Shown here in pieces: positions 11,827-25,412 of a stretch of DNA of 64,000 bases; the first letter of the stretch is position 1; each line of letters starts with the position of its first letter. This DNA is from Takakia lepidozioides. Lineage: Eukaryota > Plantae > Bryophyta. A program made the translations under genes and the position numbers. The notes under the pieces are model-generated. The model was not told where the DNA came from. It did not search any database and saw only the letters and a list, made by a program, of their open reading frames with translations. Location: contig CM060733.1 in NCBI GenBank assembly GCA_030704615.1, positions 54,808,001 to 54,872,000 of the forward strand, in the 5' to 3' direction.

Positions 11827-13807
11827 ATGGTTGCACGCACAGTCGTTGTTACGGGAGCTACGGGCTTCATAGCATCCTGGCTTGTAAAGTTTTTGCTGGA
11901 GCGTGGCTACAACGTGCGTGGCACTGTTCGTGATCCAAGTGAGTCTTCTTTCACTTTTGTCTCGTTTTCGGGCAGTGCAAAGGGACGTTGAGACGTTGTT
12001 TGGGTCTTGTTGTTGGAAATGAAATCGAATCATATTGGGTACCTATGTGGATTGCCTTACCTGCAACTCGAAATGTGAGGGAATCACGTACAGCCCCGGA
12101 AGGCTCTGAGTGAGTGACGGGGGATACGAATTTTGAAATCAGGGGTGTATCACTGAGTCATTCTGCTAGGTCTACGACCTTAGTCCGCATTCTTCCGCAT
12201 CAATGCGTGTCGTTCGTCTATTAGACATGTACAGCTCCAGACTTCACTGCTTGTGATTTGCTTACTAGGGGAAGGGGAATTCAGAGAAAGCGGAGCACCT
12301 AAGATTATTACCAGGCGCCGAGGAACACTTGGAGCTGCTCCAAGCCGATCTTTTGGCTCCAGGAAGCTTCGATAGCGTTGTAAAAGGCGCCGATGGCGTT
12401 TTCCACACTGCGTCTCCATTCTTTACCAATAATGTCACAGATCCCCAGGTTTGTCCTCCCAGGTTGATTGGTGTGTGTGTGGTTTTGTTGAGCACTAGAT
12501 TTTATGATTCTTGGAAACCGAAGCATGATTGGGCTGGATGCTTACTGGACAGCCAAGACCAAATGCTTACAATGGGTTATGGACCCGTGTTTCAGGTGCA
12601 GTTGCTTGATCCAGCGGAGAAGGGGACGTTGAATGTGTTGAATTCATGTGCCAAGGCAGGCACAAAGCGGGTTGTGTTGACATCCTCAGTGGCAGCTGTC
12701 CGGTTCTTCCGTACCCTTATTCATGACAACACGGTCCTCGACGAGAGTGCTTGGAGTGAGGCTGAGTATTGTCGAGAAAATAAGGTGCCCTTTGGTCTGC
12801 CTATTTCATCCTGTTCCTATGCTTATGTCTCTTCATGTTTCCATGTGTTTGGTTTGTCCCATCTTGTTTGAAACTATATGATAATAAGGAAGGAATTACA
12901 ATCCGTTTTGACTGTTAAGGCTGGGTGGGATGCAGCTATGGTATCCACTGTCCAAAACACTTGCAGAAAAGGCAGCATGGGATTTTGCAAAGGAAAAGGG
13001 CCTGGACATGGTGGTTATTAACCCCACCTGGGTCATTGGCCCCCTTCTGCAATCCTCTCTCAACACCAGCACTGAGGTTTTGTTGGGCTATCTCTCTGGT
13101 AAGTCGCATATTAGGCCACTTTCTATTGCCAAGATGTCCCCAGCCAAATGCTTGAGTACTGTTGTGAAGAAATTGGGATAACAGGACTCAATGCATGGCT
13201 CCAATTTGATGGTGGTTGCAGGGACAGCAAAGACATATACAAACAACTGTGCTGGCTGGGTAGGGGTGAAGGATGTAGCAATGGCACACATTTTGGCATA
13301 TGAGAACCCAAATGCAACGGGCCGCTATTTATGTTCGGAGCGTACTCTTCACACCTCTGATTTGGTCGCCCTTCTTGCCAAGCTTTACCCCTCGTATCCC
13401 GTTCCCGCGAAGTATGTCACTTTCTCCTCCCTCTTCAGTGATAGCTTGTATCGGTTGGGAGTTTTGATATCCCAGCCTTGTAAGACCCTGAGAGTATGCA
13501 GTGTTAGTTTGACCAAGGAGATTCTTCCTCACAAAGTCAGTGAAGGTTGCAACTTGACAGCTGCTGCATTGCCAGTGAGTCATTGCAGTTGCCTGTGGAC
13601 TGATTATCACCTACTGGGTATCAGAAGTTGAAATTGGGTGGATGGGTTGTGTGGATGTTCAGATGTGCTGACGAAACTTCACCGAGGGCTACATATTACA
13701 TACTTAATACACAAAAAGTGCAAAATCTGGGACTGAAGTACCAACCATTGGAGGAAGTCATCCAAGAAACTGTTGATTGCTTGAAGGATCGAAAATTGTT
13801 GAAGTAA
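11827..13807 (+). CDS. Cinnamoyl-CoA reductase/DFR-like NAD(P)-dependent reductase (extended SDR)
   Basis: Exons 11827-11938, 12285-12448, 12596-12784, 12936-13098, 13222-13411, 13663-13807: [16 protein letters not shown] (Rossmann motif), [28 protein letters not shown] (YxxxK), [13 protein letters not shown]. Confidence 0.93.
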
Positions 13808-14858
13808 AATAATCCGATAATTTCGATGTTCGGTGCAGCCATAAATGATGCCAAGGATGTAGAAGGGACCTGCACATTCTCGAGTGAGTTTGAATGTTTG
13901 AATGCAGCGCACAAACACAGTGATGGATGTTGAGGCTTTTCATTACTAGTCAATTTTTAGTCCTTGGCCATCTCCATCGGATGACGACATCAACAGAGGC
14001 ATTGCAAAAATAGGGGTTTGAAGATGAAGATCCACCTCAACTTCGAGGTCGTTCGGCGCAAACAGTAATTGGCTTTGTTTTGCGATTTTGTTTGCTACGG
14101 ATTTGGTCTTTACTTCATGGCAGCTCTATTCTCTCAGGGTTTTGGCTTTCACTCTCCCGAGGCAAAATAATCTTCTGCAGCCTCTCAAGATAATCCGTGC
14201 TCTTTGCTGTTTTGGCTTAGACACCTTCCCTTGGTTTACATTGGAAACAGTTTCCTTTCGGCTTATCTGCTCTAATTTTCTGCTTGCTGGGGCTGAGGCT
14301 TGTACATTGAAAGCTCCTACCAGTGGTTGTTAGTCCAGTATTTGGTCTTAGGTTAGTCAAGTAATGCTTGGTAGTTCGGCTTTTGGCTCTCCACTGAGGA
14401 GTCTTCTTCGTAGCCTCAAGACATCCGGAAGGCTATTTTTCCTGACGGTTCTTTTAATATAAGTTGGAAGGCTACCTCCCCTTTTTAAAAAGTCCACAGC
14501 CTATTATGCACTTTAGGAATGAACCCCAACTTGGCATTGTGGATCCTGAGCCTGGAGGGTTAGCTGCCGTGGCACATATTATAATGGCAGGTACAGGGGT
14601 GCCTCAAGCTACAACGGATTGTGTATCTCTGACTTGCTGTAGACTGAAAACAGCCTGTAGAAAAGTTTAGGCCCCTATAATGCCATGGCATAACACTACT
14701 GGAAATGGCAGGAAGTGGGGCACATGATTCTGTTTCTGATTCTTACTGTGAACTTCGGCCCTATTCACCCTTAAAGACCTGTCTAAGGTGAAGGCTGCAT
14801 CTTTCTTTGTACTTCTGGTGCACATGGAACAGGCAAAGTATTAAGATCTGAATCTCTA

Positions 14859-15440
14859 GCAGAAACGTTATATCACGTCCTCTCTTGGCTTTGAGTGTGT
14901 CAGAATTGGGAACAACTCCATCAAGACAACTCCATGAAGTCTCAAGTCGATGTTAGTGAAGATAACGGATGTGGCTGTACAATGGGTTGCTCTCCTAGAA
15001 GAGCCAGATTTCTATCTGGAGCGACACACATCTAATGCCGTCACACAATGCAATGACAACTGTGATCTCGAGAAAAATTGAATCATCCCTCTTTCTGACC
15101 CCAAAGTGTGATATTAAATTTTGGCTTTGAAGGGGCCTATGCTCATGCGTAACCATGTTTGTGTCTTACGAAAAATACAATGCAAAACGACCGAGTGCAG
15201 AATCATGGAGAAACTTCTGGTACATGTGGAAGTAAGTGATGTGCCTTCTGTTGTTCTCAATGAATCTTTCCAATGTGAGTTAAATGGGCGCGAGAGATGA
15301 TACGTGATGCAGACAAGCTCAGACCATCGCGCGAGGAGTAAGGAGGAGCCTATGAACTACCTACACACAAAGTGATAATTGACGGTATTGAACTCTTCCC
15401 TCAAATGCCGAGCTTCTGCAAAACTCCCAAAGAGGTCCCA
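14859..15440 (+). pseudogene. Degenerate inverted duplicate of the AAA ATPase C-terminal region
   Basis: TTTGAGTGTGTCAGAATTGGGAACAACTCCATCA and ATGTTTGTGTCTTACGAAAAA...GGGCGCGAGA match the reverse complement of 15930-16490; many indels. Confidence 0.8.
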
Positions 15441-15931
15441 AAGTTCCAACCCGCTCCTTGTACATCCAGACATGCTCAATGAATACAAGCAAGTGGTGGT
15501 TGACATCGATCTCATAATGTTTTGAACTTCAGTTGCTGTTATAAGGATGTGTGATCATTGGTGAGTTTCTGATTTGAAACAATGCACATTGAAAAGGAGG
15601 CCTTGCCTGCAGTGACCAGAGAGCGATCGTCGTGAAACTATGGGGGTTATGGCCACCTCTAGACCACAACTTGGATTTGTGATCAATTGTTCTGCTAATA
15701 GTCATTATATCTTTCTTCGTCCATACGCTCCACTGTTGATTTCACTTCTATCGTTATGTATATTTGTTCACAGAATCCCTTAATCTTCCATCGACACTGA
15801 GATGACCATGGCGAAGTGGAAGAGTCTGCCACAAAAACCTAGGAAAATCACAGTATGATGGGTCACAATTTCCTCATGCAAAACTTGTCAAACATGTCTG
15901 ACCCAAGGAGTAACTTAACTTACTTAGAAGC

Positions 15932-17900
15932 CTAGTCTTGGGACCTTAAGAAAGCTCGGTGTTTAAGGGCGGAGTCCAATACCATCAAGGATCGCTTTAT
16001 GTGTTGGTAGGTAATACGCTCCCTCTTACTCTTTGCAACAGTTTGAGCTGTCTGCATCACATTTCGGATCTCGCGCCCATTGAATTCGTATTCAACAAAG
16101 TCATTGAGGACATCAGAAGGAACATCACTCATTCCCACACGTTCCAGAAGGTTTCTCCATATTGTGCTCCTTTGCTCTGCATTGTGTTTTTCGTAAGACA
16201 AGAACATGGATATGCGTGAGCAAATGGCCTCGTCGAAGGCAATGTCACGGTTTGTGGTCAGAAAGATGACCCCATTGAAGTATTCAAGGTGCCTCAGAAA
16301 CACACCAGTCATTGCATTGCGCATCAAATCGAAAGATGTGCGGCGCTCCAAATAGACATCTGCCTCATCAAGGAGGAGGAGAGCACCCCATCGTAAAGCC
16401 ACATCCATTACCTTCACTAACGTCGACTCGAGATCTGATGGAGTTGTTCCCAATTCTGACACACTCAAAGACCAGAGAGGACGCGATTCGGCTGTTAATG
16501 TTTTTCCTGTTCCAGGAGGGCCATAACAAAGAAGGACGCAGCCATCACCTTTAGCACCTATAGGATCAAGTCGCTCAGATTCAATCCCTTGACATGTTCG
16601 CGTACCAGACTGAGAGTGAGGTCTTTTGTTGTTTCATCCATAACCAACGTTTCATACGCAGATGTGTTGAAACTGATATCAGAAAACCCACATACGGAGA
16701 AACTTCCCCATTTCTTAAGACGAGGGGCAAACATGCATGTTTCTTGGCTGGTAATGTCCAAAGTAGTGATGACTTTGTCATCGCGTAAAACCACACACGG
16801 TGGCGTTGCCGTACTTAACTTGTAGTCGGGATTCATCTTTGAGAAGCTTCCCAAATCAATCATGACCCTCCCATCAGCATTCTCCTTCCGAACTCTCCAA
16901 CAATTATCCACCAGTACCCAATTGAAGATGGATCCTTTGTAATTCTTGAAATTGCTCCGCTCCTGCATGGATAGCTCACAAAATCTTCGGCCATTTGAAT
17001 GAAATCTCTCCTTGATCTCTTCCATATTATCCTTGAAATAAAGTGGATAGATTGTCATGTTGTCAAATGAACGATTTCCTTGGAAATGGTCTGTTGTCCC
17101 TAGTTCAGAGTATTTGCTCCAAGTCAGGCAATTGTAGTCCCACTTTGAATAGCTGACATGGAACACGACTGTCTTCCTATCGGTTGGATCCAAGTGGTAG
17201 CCTGAATACTCAACATCGCCACAAACTTCTTCGTCAGTAACGTCGCAACGATAACAGATTTTTGCATCTGGTGGAAAGAATGCCCACAGCATGTCATGTG
17301 ACAAACTCCGTTGGTTCTTCATGGCTGAATACACGTCATCAATGTTTTCAAGTTCTTGGTCCAAAAAGCGCAGTAAGTGTTTGAGGTGGAAGAACTCTTC
17401 TGTTTTGATCGTAGGACCATTTGATGGTAAACCTGGACTATTTTGCATGGAACCGAACAGATCTTTCAGTTGTGGATAATGAAGAAAAGCTCAGTGCCTT
17501 TCAATGATATTAACTTCTGGCCCGGTAGATCAACTCTGTTGGGTATGAGGTCATTGATAACCTTAATCAGAGAAGGTGACATAATATCCACTTGCACCTG
17601 TGATGCCCAAGGCAGGTATTTGAGATTATTATAAATAACTTTGAAAGGCACTGATACTTCTTTCCTTCCATCCAAAGTACGTCTTTTCAGCACTGATTCA
17701 TACTCCTTCTGAACATAATCATATATCTGCCATTGCCAATCAACTTTTTTTATGTTGCTGTCCTTTCTCACCTCCCTCCTGGAATTCTTCTTTTTGCTGT
17801 GATCACTCTTTTCATCATCTGAATCATCAGAGCTTTCAGAAACACCTGAACCTTTGCAAGAAGTATACTTATTTTCAGCCTCAGGGTCTGAGCTTGGGAA
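15932..17900 (-). pseudogene. AAA+ ATPase of the fungal-type DUF7025 + AAA architecture, disrupted
   Basis: HLLRFL..EL...LSHDMLWAFFPP, ADGRVMID, Walker A GPPGTGKT (~16500-16523), Walker B LLLLDEADVYLERR, FLRHLEYFNGVIFLTTNR, NGREIRN; frameshifts near 17466 and 16560 and small deletions; no introns evident; 5' boundary approximate. Confidence 0.82.
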
Positions 17901-18888
17901 GCTTAGACTTGGAATCTGGCAATCACGCTCTTGAAACAAACTCCGAGATGCAAAGTAAAGCATCAAATATGCGCGCACATAAGTTTTTTTGCACCATTTT
18001 CTGACTGTCAATTCTGCACTGCAATCAGATATTCTGCCAACCCAGAAATAAGAAATATCCATGTGGTTAAATTCAGTAAAAAACTCGAGCACAAATCTTA
18101 GTGAAGCTGCTGAATATTTCAAGGACTCTAAGAAAGCACATGTGAAATGTATGTCCCTCTCAAAGGCCCACTTCATTTCGCTTGACCGACCGATTGCAAT
18201 GCCACAAAAGAACCGTTTCACGGATGAAACATGTCAATGACCTTGTTGCAAAGAGATAATAGATCGAGCTCTTGCCATGTGAAAGATTTTACCTTCTTGG
18301 TAGAAATTGCAGTGAAAAGCCGACCAGAACCAGTAGAAGTAACCATATGTCAACTGACGATGGGTTGGTTGTCTCCATGGAATATAACAGGGAAAGGATC
18401 TGCTTAGCTGAATAGAGCAGAATAAATATAACTGGTATCACACTCCTGAACACTGCACAACAAGCATCAATTCACGTCAGATTCAATGTTGGAATTCAAG
18501 TCCCATTCCAAGATTGCAAACCTGGGCTTGGTAGAAACAGATATTTACCAATATCAACATGCATCCTTTGCAACATCCCCTCCATATTCTTAACAATAGT
18601 CTATGCCTAAATCAGCATGTGTTCATGCTTTGTCTACACAGACTATCCCAAACTTCCAGAGTTACCCAGTGTCAGAGCTAATGTAGTCTCATTGTGAAGA
18701 AGTGTTACACAAACTATTCAAGAGAAGGAGATATATAATTGAACAATCAAGAGATCAATAATACAGTTGTTGTTGTCTGTGGTATCACTGTGTGTGTTTG
18801 TGTCCTCTCTAGCACTGGCATCTTATGTAGACAAATGTATTGAACAGTGCTGAGGTTGACTCATGTACAGAGTGGTCTGAACCTCACC

Positions 18889-20522
18889 TACTCTCCAATT
18901 GTCATCTTGAAGGGGAATGGCCAAGCTACTAACACACACTTCATATCCTTCAAACACGGACGTTTTTAGTAGCATACACAAACACATCAGTGATGTTCTT
19001 TGCTGGTGGAGTGACCACGCAAGTAAGTATCTCCAAATCATCAACTCCCTGACAAGCAACCCACTTGAATGAATTATAAAGTGTTCATTCACATAATATT
19101 TGATATGAAAAATGAGAAGGCTCCATTCCTTCTAAAGAAAACCAAGCTATTGCACGCAATGTTAGAACTTTTGTACGCTTACCCTCTGGACGACTGTCTC
19201 TAGTGTTATGCACTTGGTTGATGTTGCTAACATCAAATAAGCTCCTGTTAGTCGGAGTCCATAAATTGTTACTGTTCCTGCAGAAGGAAGTAGAGGACGA
19301 ACTCAGGTGAACTTGAAAAGCCTCATAATCGAGCTAATAATCAGAAAAGAGGTAGATCTATGGACTCACGACTTAGCTCATGGTGGCGTTGTATCATGTG
19401 TCATCATGAGAATGTCTTGAGGTCGATGCAAGAGCAGCTTTTATGAGAAGGCGAGAAGATGGTTAATACTATCGGTGCCATCAGACCTACTTACCTGCTA
19501 CATATGTCGAGTGTAAGACCACAGGAACTGACTCCTTGTCTTCCAGTCTCAGCAGCACCATTATGATCTACATGTGTACCATTTCTTATGTGAGGGACAA
19601 CAGAAACGTTTTCATGTCTGTTGAGTGACCTTGGGTCGGGATACTCGTTAGTGCAAGTCTGGGCGAAAGTGTCTTATAAAAGTGACAGTGGAACCTCATA
19701 ATTTGAACTACAGAAAGGACACTTGCAGCTCACAGAGTCAAAGCATATGATAGTACAGAACAAACACTAAGGGTATGACATGATATATATACCAATCTCT
19801 AAATTGAGGAATTTCACAAGTTGAATCTTAGGAGTCTTACTTACAAAGGGGAGACTTCACATATAGTTGAAAATTTCCAAGCTGCATCTTGAAATTCTCA
19901 TCAGAGACAGTTATCCCGTCCTCCGCGAGTTTATTCAGCATAGTCAAGACATCGCCCGACAATTCGATCTGCGTCTGGGCAAAATAATGATCCTCATCTT
20001 TACCAAACTTGCATACTAGGTTTTGATTTCGGCGCATTCGTATCACATCCTTGGGAATCTGCTTAAAGAGATACGAACAAAAATATTCTCCGATAGGGGA
20101 CATGGACAGAGAAACAAAATGCTGGATATCTTTAGCCCCCTGGTCCAAAGTCGTCTTCTGGCTCAGGGACTGTTCCCTTTCCAGCCGGCCTGTTCTTGGG
20201 CGTCGAGGAATTACACTAGGGGTCAAAGGCTGTACAAGTCTGGACGGAGGTGCACGCTCCAACTTTCGGATTTTTGCAATAGCATCTAGCTCAGTGTCGT
20301 ACTGCTTCTATCTCCCTCTGCCTACCTCTTTCGAATCTACTCCAAAGGTAGCGATGGAGAAAAGATGAGGATCACGTATTTGCTCTGTCGATTCAGCAAA
20401 ATTTCAGTAAACGGCCTGCTAGAACCTCCGTTGCTTGTAGTGTTGGAGTGCCATGACGTCGACATACCCGTGTCCATTGAGAGGCAAGCTTCGGCTTGTG
20501 AATTCTTCATCATACTTAGCAT
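18889..20522 (-). CDS. Putative multi-exon gene of unknown function
   Basis: Phase-consistent GT-AG exons ~20522-20376, ~20301-19845, ~19567-19495, ~19276-19182 (..SKY/YDTELDAIAKIRKLERAPP...YVKSPL/YHNGAAE...DICS/RNSNNLW...); last exon uncertain; no recognisable domain. Confidence 0.4.
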
Positions 20523-21028
20523 GGGTATAAAAAGGAGGGTTCTTCAGGTCTTAGGACCTGCCAACACGCTTTAGTGGTGGGGGCCCCAAAAGACTTGAAC
20601 TGAACACTGACCATCACTCCCTGAATATTTTTAATGACGAGTTTTCCGTTTATACCATGTTGTCAGTTGGAATCTGTGCTCCGTCCTTGCCATATGTACT
20701 TTGACCTCTTCTAAGTTCTCTTTATTGCCTTAGTTAGTCAACCCTGTCTTACTTTTATATCCAGGATTCTTCTTGGCACGTAAGACTTATATTCCTGCTT
20801 TACTTGGGGAAGAAGATTTACCGACAACAGACAGGTCCTTCAATGTGGTGGGGCAGAGGGCCTATACCTACTGTACGTCTGTTTCTTGGAAGGACCAGTT
20901 GTGGGTCAAGCTAAGTTACTCTCAGAAACACTCGATTCATATCTTTGATCTGCGGTAGTTCCGAGAAGGCTTGAGGTTCCCTGATGTCATACTTGATTGT
21001 GGTGAGCCTTTCCTCCTGGGGTCCAGTT

Positions 21029-24000
21029 CAGTGTTGGACTGGTATACCGATAAGAAACTGGTATCAATACTGGTATGTATATTGGTATGAAGTACCAGAC
21101 CATGGTCTCACCTCAAGCCATTACCTAGCATATACCCATATTGGCCTGGTATCTGCTTCCTAATACTGTGGACGATACCCTACCAGTCTGGTAGGTGGAC
21201 CAGTACTATATCCATATTTGTGAGGAAAACCTAGGGATCAATACTTGGAGGAACTTGAGGAATACTTTGAGGAATAAAATCAATGAGAAGCATGCTTGTA
21301 CACATTTATATGAGAGAGTGAGCCTTTCAATATTTAACATATCATGAGTTTTTTTGATACCAGTATTGATAATACCCTGGTATCGATTTCTAAAAACTCT
21401 TGCTATTGATACCCGTAAAACACCACACCAATCAGGTATTATTGATACCACCATGGTATCAAAATCTCAGATTTTTGCCAATACCAGTACCTCCCTGGTA
21501 TCACAATTGGCCGGAGGCCTACATACCAGTACCAGCCTGGTGTGTTCAAAATACGATACCGGTCCAAGTTCCTTCATCGGCCAATAAAGGGATCAGTCTG
21601 CCCTGGATGAATGTTACATCTATAAACGTTAAACTACCATAAACCAACGCGTTGGCATGCATCACATCGACGCACATAACCAAAAGCATCCTTAAATAGG
21701 GTAGGCCACCAATAACCTGCCAATAACACCTTCCGTCCGGTGGCATCTCCTGCAAAGTGACCGCCACAAGAATCGGCATGGCACCCCTCAAGTACCGTTG
21801 GAACTTCAGCTTCCAAGATGCAACGGCGCAATATACCATCATTCCCTACTTGTACAATGTTTCACCAATAATTGTATAAGGCGCAGTCTTCTCGACCAAC
21901 CGACGCTTCTTGCTTCTCAGTATAACCCTCTGGGAATTACTGTAACGATAGGTAATTAAAAATAAGAGCATACTCCCCTGTCATCACACCAACCACAAAA
22001 AGGGCAGCATCTGGAAGAGAATCATCTATCGGCTCTTGGCCTACTTCCTTCGATAGACGGCTTAAACGATCGGCATTAGCATGCTTGCGTCCAGGGCGAA
22101 CCACAATTTTAAAAATAAACTCTTGCAATAAAATAATCCACCGGGCCCCACTCTGCCTCTGATTGAGGTTTATTAATAAGATATTTTAGTGCATCATGAT
22201 CAACATGAAAAACAAATGGATAACCCAATAAATAATGGCAATACTTCTAAACCGAATAAATCATGCCCAAACCTTCTCGTTCAGTGGTAGTATAATTTTT
22301 CTCCGCCGCAGCTAATTGACGATTTGCAAAATATATCGGATGATCAAATGACTTTTCATCCTTCTGATTTAAAACGCTACCAATAGCATAGTTTGAAGCA
22401 TCCACATAGACCTGAAACTCCTTAGTCCAATCGGGGGAAATCAAAATAGGCGCCTTTATCAATCGACATTTTAATTCTTGAAAAGAATGTTGAGATTCCT
22501 TTGTCCATTGTTGCTCGGCATTGTTTTAATAATTGCGTCAATGGTAAGGCAATTTCGGCATATCGACGGATAAAGCTATTAGTATTTCCAAAAGAATGTG
22601 ACGGGCCTGCAGTTGGTGGAACTGATCATGAACCAGGAGGTGTAGGGATTGATGAAGTTTGCTGATGGATGGGATTTTGGGGGTATGGACTCTCACATTG
22701 TTCAGCAGTATGTCCCTGACCTCCACAACGCCCACAAAACGGGATATAATCAACCGGGGCTTTCGGATTAGGGCATTTGCTGGCAATATGTCCAATCTCA
22801 TGACAACGATAGCAAACCGGATATTGACCATTCCTCAATCGTCGAGCAGGTGGCCGATAAGGAGCATTGGTCTGTTGTGGATACATCTGCTGCTGTTGGC
22901 CTCCTCCGCCCCCGTAGATTTGACCATAGGCTCCCTGAGGTGGTATCCCCCGCATTTGCTGTCGTCGAGCAGGCTGATTAGCCGACTAGTACCAGTTCTC
23001 GGACCCTCGGGTTGGTCTCCAGAGTTGCTGAATCTGGGGAGGTTGGTCAGACCATTGAACAACCACATGCTCGTTGGCAGATGGTGGGGTCAACCCAATT
23101 TGATTGACATCCCAAGCCGTCCTTGGTTTATTCTTTATTGGAATTAGACCAATGGCAGATTGTAAATGCCAACATTGTAATATCAGATGTCATGTTTTAC
23201 CACAATAACCACATTTAATAACAACTCCATTAATGGGATTGGTCACTGGGCCCACTAGGCACTCGTTAGCAAGATGTCCATGAACCTGACAATTAGAACA
23301 CCACTTATTGGATGGCTGATTATTTGGCTTGGGTCTCCCTTTTTGTTTATAAGCTAGTTGTACGGAGAGCTCCTCCATTTTCTTAGTCAATGCAGCAATC
23401 TGCCCTTCTTGTGGGTCAACTACTATACCAGCTGGTAGTTGATTTTGCAAAGATACAAGGGCATACATTCCCACAGTAGACTGAATCGAAGAAGGAGACA
23501 TAGTCACTGGAGCTAAAGATGCTTGTGGGGCCCATGAATCAATATCAAACATTGTCGTGGGTCCAACTGAATAAGTAGTGACATTAATAGTCTCCCATAA
23601 TTTAGCCCGTTCTCCTTCAAGTCTTCTCCTTCAAGCAAGAGCCAAGTACTTACTAGTGATGACACACAGAGTGTTGACTGTCACCACAATGTCACCGCCC
23701 AGTCGACTGTGGCCGTAGCCGAAAGGTCAAGTGGGTTATATATAGGAGGAGGGCCTGAGTGGAGGGCTCTTCTGACTGGTGTTAACGTGTTACCACCTTG
23801 TCTAAATGTTATTTTTTTCCTACTCCCTGCTGTTAACATTTATCCAGGGCAGACTGTAATGGGACCAAGTCTTTGTTCTCGCAGAAAATAGGTGTCATTT
23901 GTCTACTTTCGACTGTGGCACCTATAGTCAAAGCCCCACTATAATTAGGCTCACTCTCTAGGTGGTGCCGATGGCCCGGGGATAGAAGATGCAGCCCAGG

Positions 24001-24633
24001 TTTTCAGTTGGTCAGAGTCTGCCTGTATGAGTAGCAGGTGGACTATCACAAAGGGGTTCTCAACTGGTCCAGAGATTTTAGCTTGATAACACGAGATTGT
24101 ATATCAAACTGTTTCTGGATATAGGAGGAAGATGATGATAGAGCTCTGTGTTGCGTATTCCTTACCTCTTTAGTAGTAGTGGTATCCGGGCAAAGCCTAG
24201 CAGGGCATGAGCATGGTGATCGGGTATATATGCATGGTAGCAGCCACGGTGGTACAGTCTGGTCAGGTGGCCGACCTTGGTAGGTACCCTCGTTACCAGA
24301 CACATCACAAAACTTTCATACCAGTCTGGTCTATATAATGGTGGATGTATTTTTTTTCTAGATATTGGGTGAAAACAAAGACAATAAACATAAAATAAAT
24401 ATAATTAATTACATGTATGTACACATAAATTAGTATAGTACACATACCAAAGTAAATGAGGAAGACGGCGGGAGGATACTGGTATTGTGGCTGATATGAG
24501 AAAACGGATACCAGCCTAATCTAGTATATGACCTGGTATTCTCCCAAATAATACCAGACTAGTCTGGTATCTAATACCAATGCATATACATGTGCATATA
24601 CCAATCCTTCACCTATATACCAGACCAATACTG
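21029..24633. mobile_element. Putative non-autonomous DNA transposon with GGTAT/ATACC-rich subterminal arrays, interrupted by a gypsy remnant
   Basis: Inverted ends CAGTGTTGGACTGGTATA (21029-21046) and TATACCAGACCAATACTG (24616-24633), 16/18 match; dense ATACC/GGTAT motifs at 21040-21570 and 24310-24700; no clear TSD. Confidence 0.45.
21640..23620 (-). mobile_element. Degenerate Athila/Tat-like Ty3/gypsy gag-pol remnant
   Basis: Zinc knuckles CSNCQVHGHLANEC, CYRCHEIGHIASKC, CGRCGGQGHTAEQC; RNase H YVDASNYAIG...EKNYTTTERE; integrase zinc region GGHFAGDAT..KVLLAGYWWPTLFKD...CDACQR; many stops and deletions. Confidence 0.85.
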
Positions 24634-24699
24634 CAGCAAACTTTCAGATTGAGTTTTAATTATATTTATATCACCCACATGGTATCGAGACAGCCATAC

Positions 24700-25412
24700 T
24701 GTCGCGGCCCCTTGCCTTGAGGGCAGGGGGTCGGGACGCAGAGGGGTTGCTCCTGTGGTGGGGGCGGTGGCAGCAATAGGTACGAGGGGCTGAAGCACCC
24801 TTGAGTGCCCAAGGCACTCAAGGAGATGGAGGCTCACTAGGTGGAGCCCCGCACACCGGGTTGCGGTGGGGGTGGCTCCACAAGGGGTGGTGGTAGCTTA
24901 GTGAGACTAAGTGGGGGTGGCATAGGACTCACCATGGGGCGGAGACCTTGTGGTGGGAGTCGTGGGGAGTCTTGGGACTCACCACGGTCCAATGGGGCCG
25001 TGGTGGGTGGGCCAAGACACACCGCGACTCGTCAACGGGAATCGAGTGGTTCGCCATAAAATGACATGGTTGTTTCTGAAACCCCTGCGGACAGTCACAG
25101 AAGTATATATAGGGAGTAGTAACCCCGAGAACGGTGCAAGCCCGTTGGTGACAAAAAACTAGTAAGTAAGCGAGCGAGCCGGAAAGCGACCAAGAAGTAG
25201 GGAGCTATTCCGGACTGCCATCTACCAAAGGGAATTTCCACTAGGCCCAAATTGGTGGAGGGTCTGTTGGGGAAGAAAAGGGGGACCGTTATGTCCCGGT
25301 GAGCAGCCGAAGCTCCGAGTTGGCCCGGCGGCTAGGTTGGGAGTTAGGCGCGCGCATCAAAGCGAGTAATTATGACTTGAACGGGAGCTTTACCGAAGTG
25401 AGGTGCGCGACA
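24700..25412 (+). mobile_element. 5' LTR of host Ty3/gypsy element (LTR1)
   Basis: TGTCGCG...CGCGACA termini, TATA-like TATATA, followed by degenerate Met-tRNA PBS (TTGATATCAAAGC) and gag. Confidence 0.92.

Noticed and set aside
23960-23982. tRNA-Asp-like PBS (TGGTGCCGATGGCCCGGG) for the Athila-like remnant
   Set aside because: It is on the opposite strand to the gag-pol remnant and no paired LTR could be delimited
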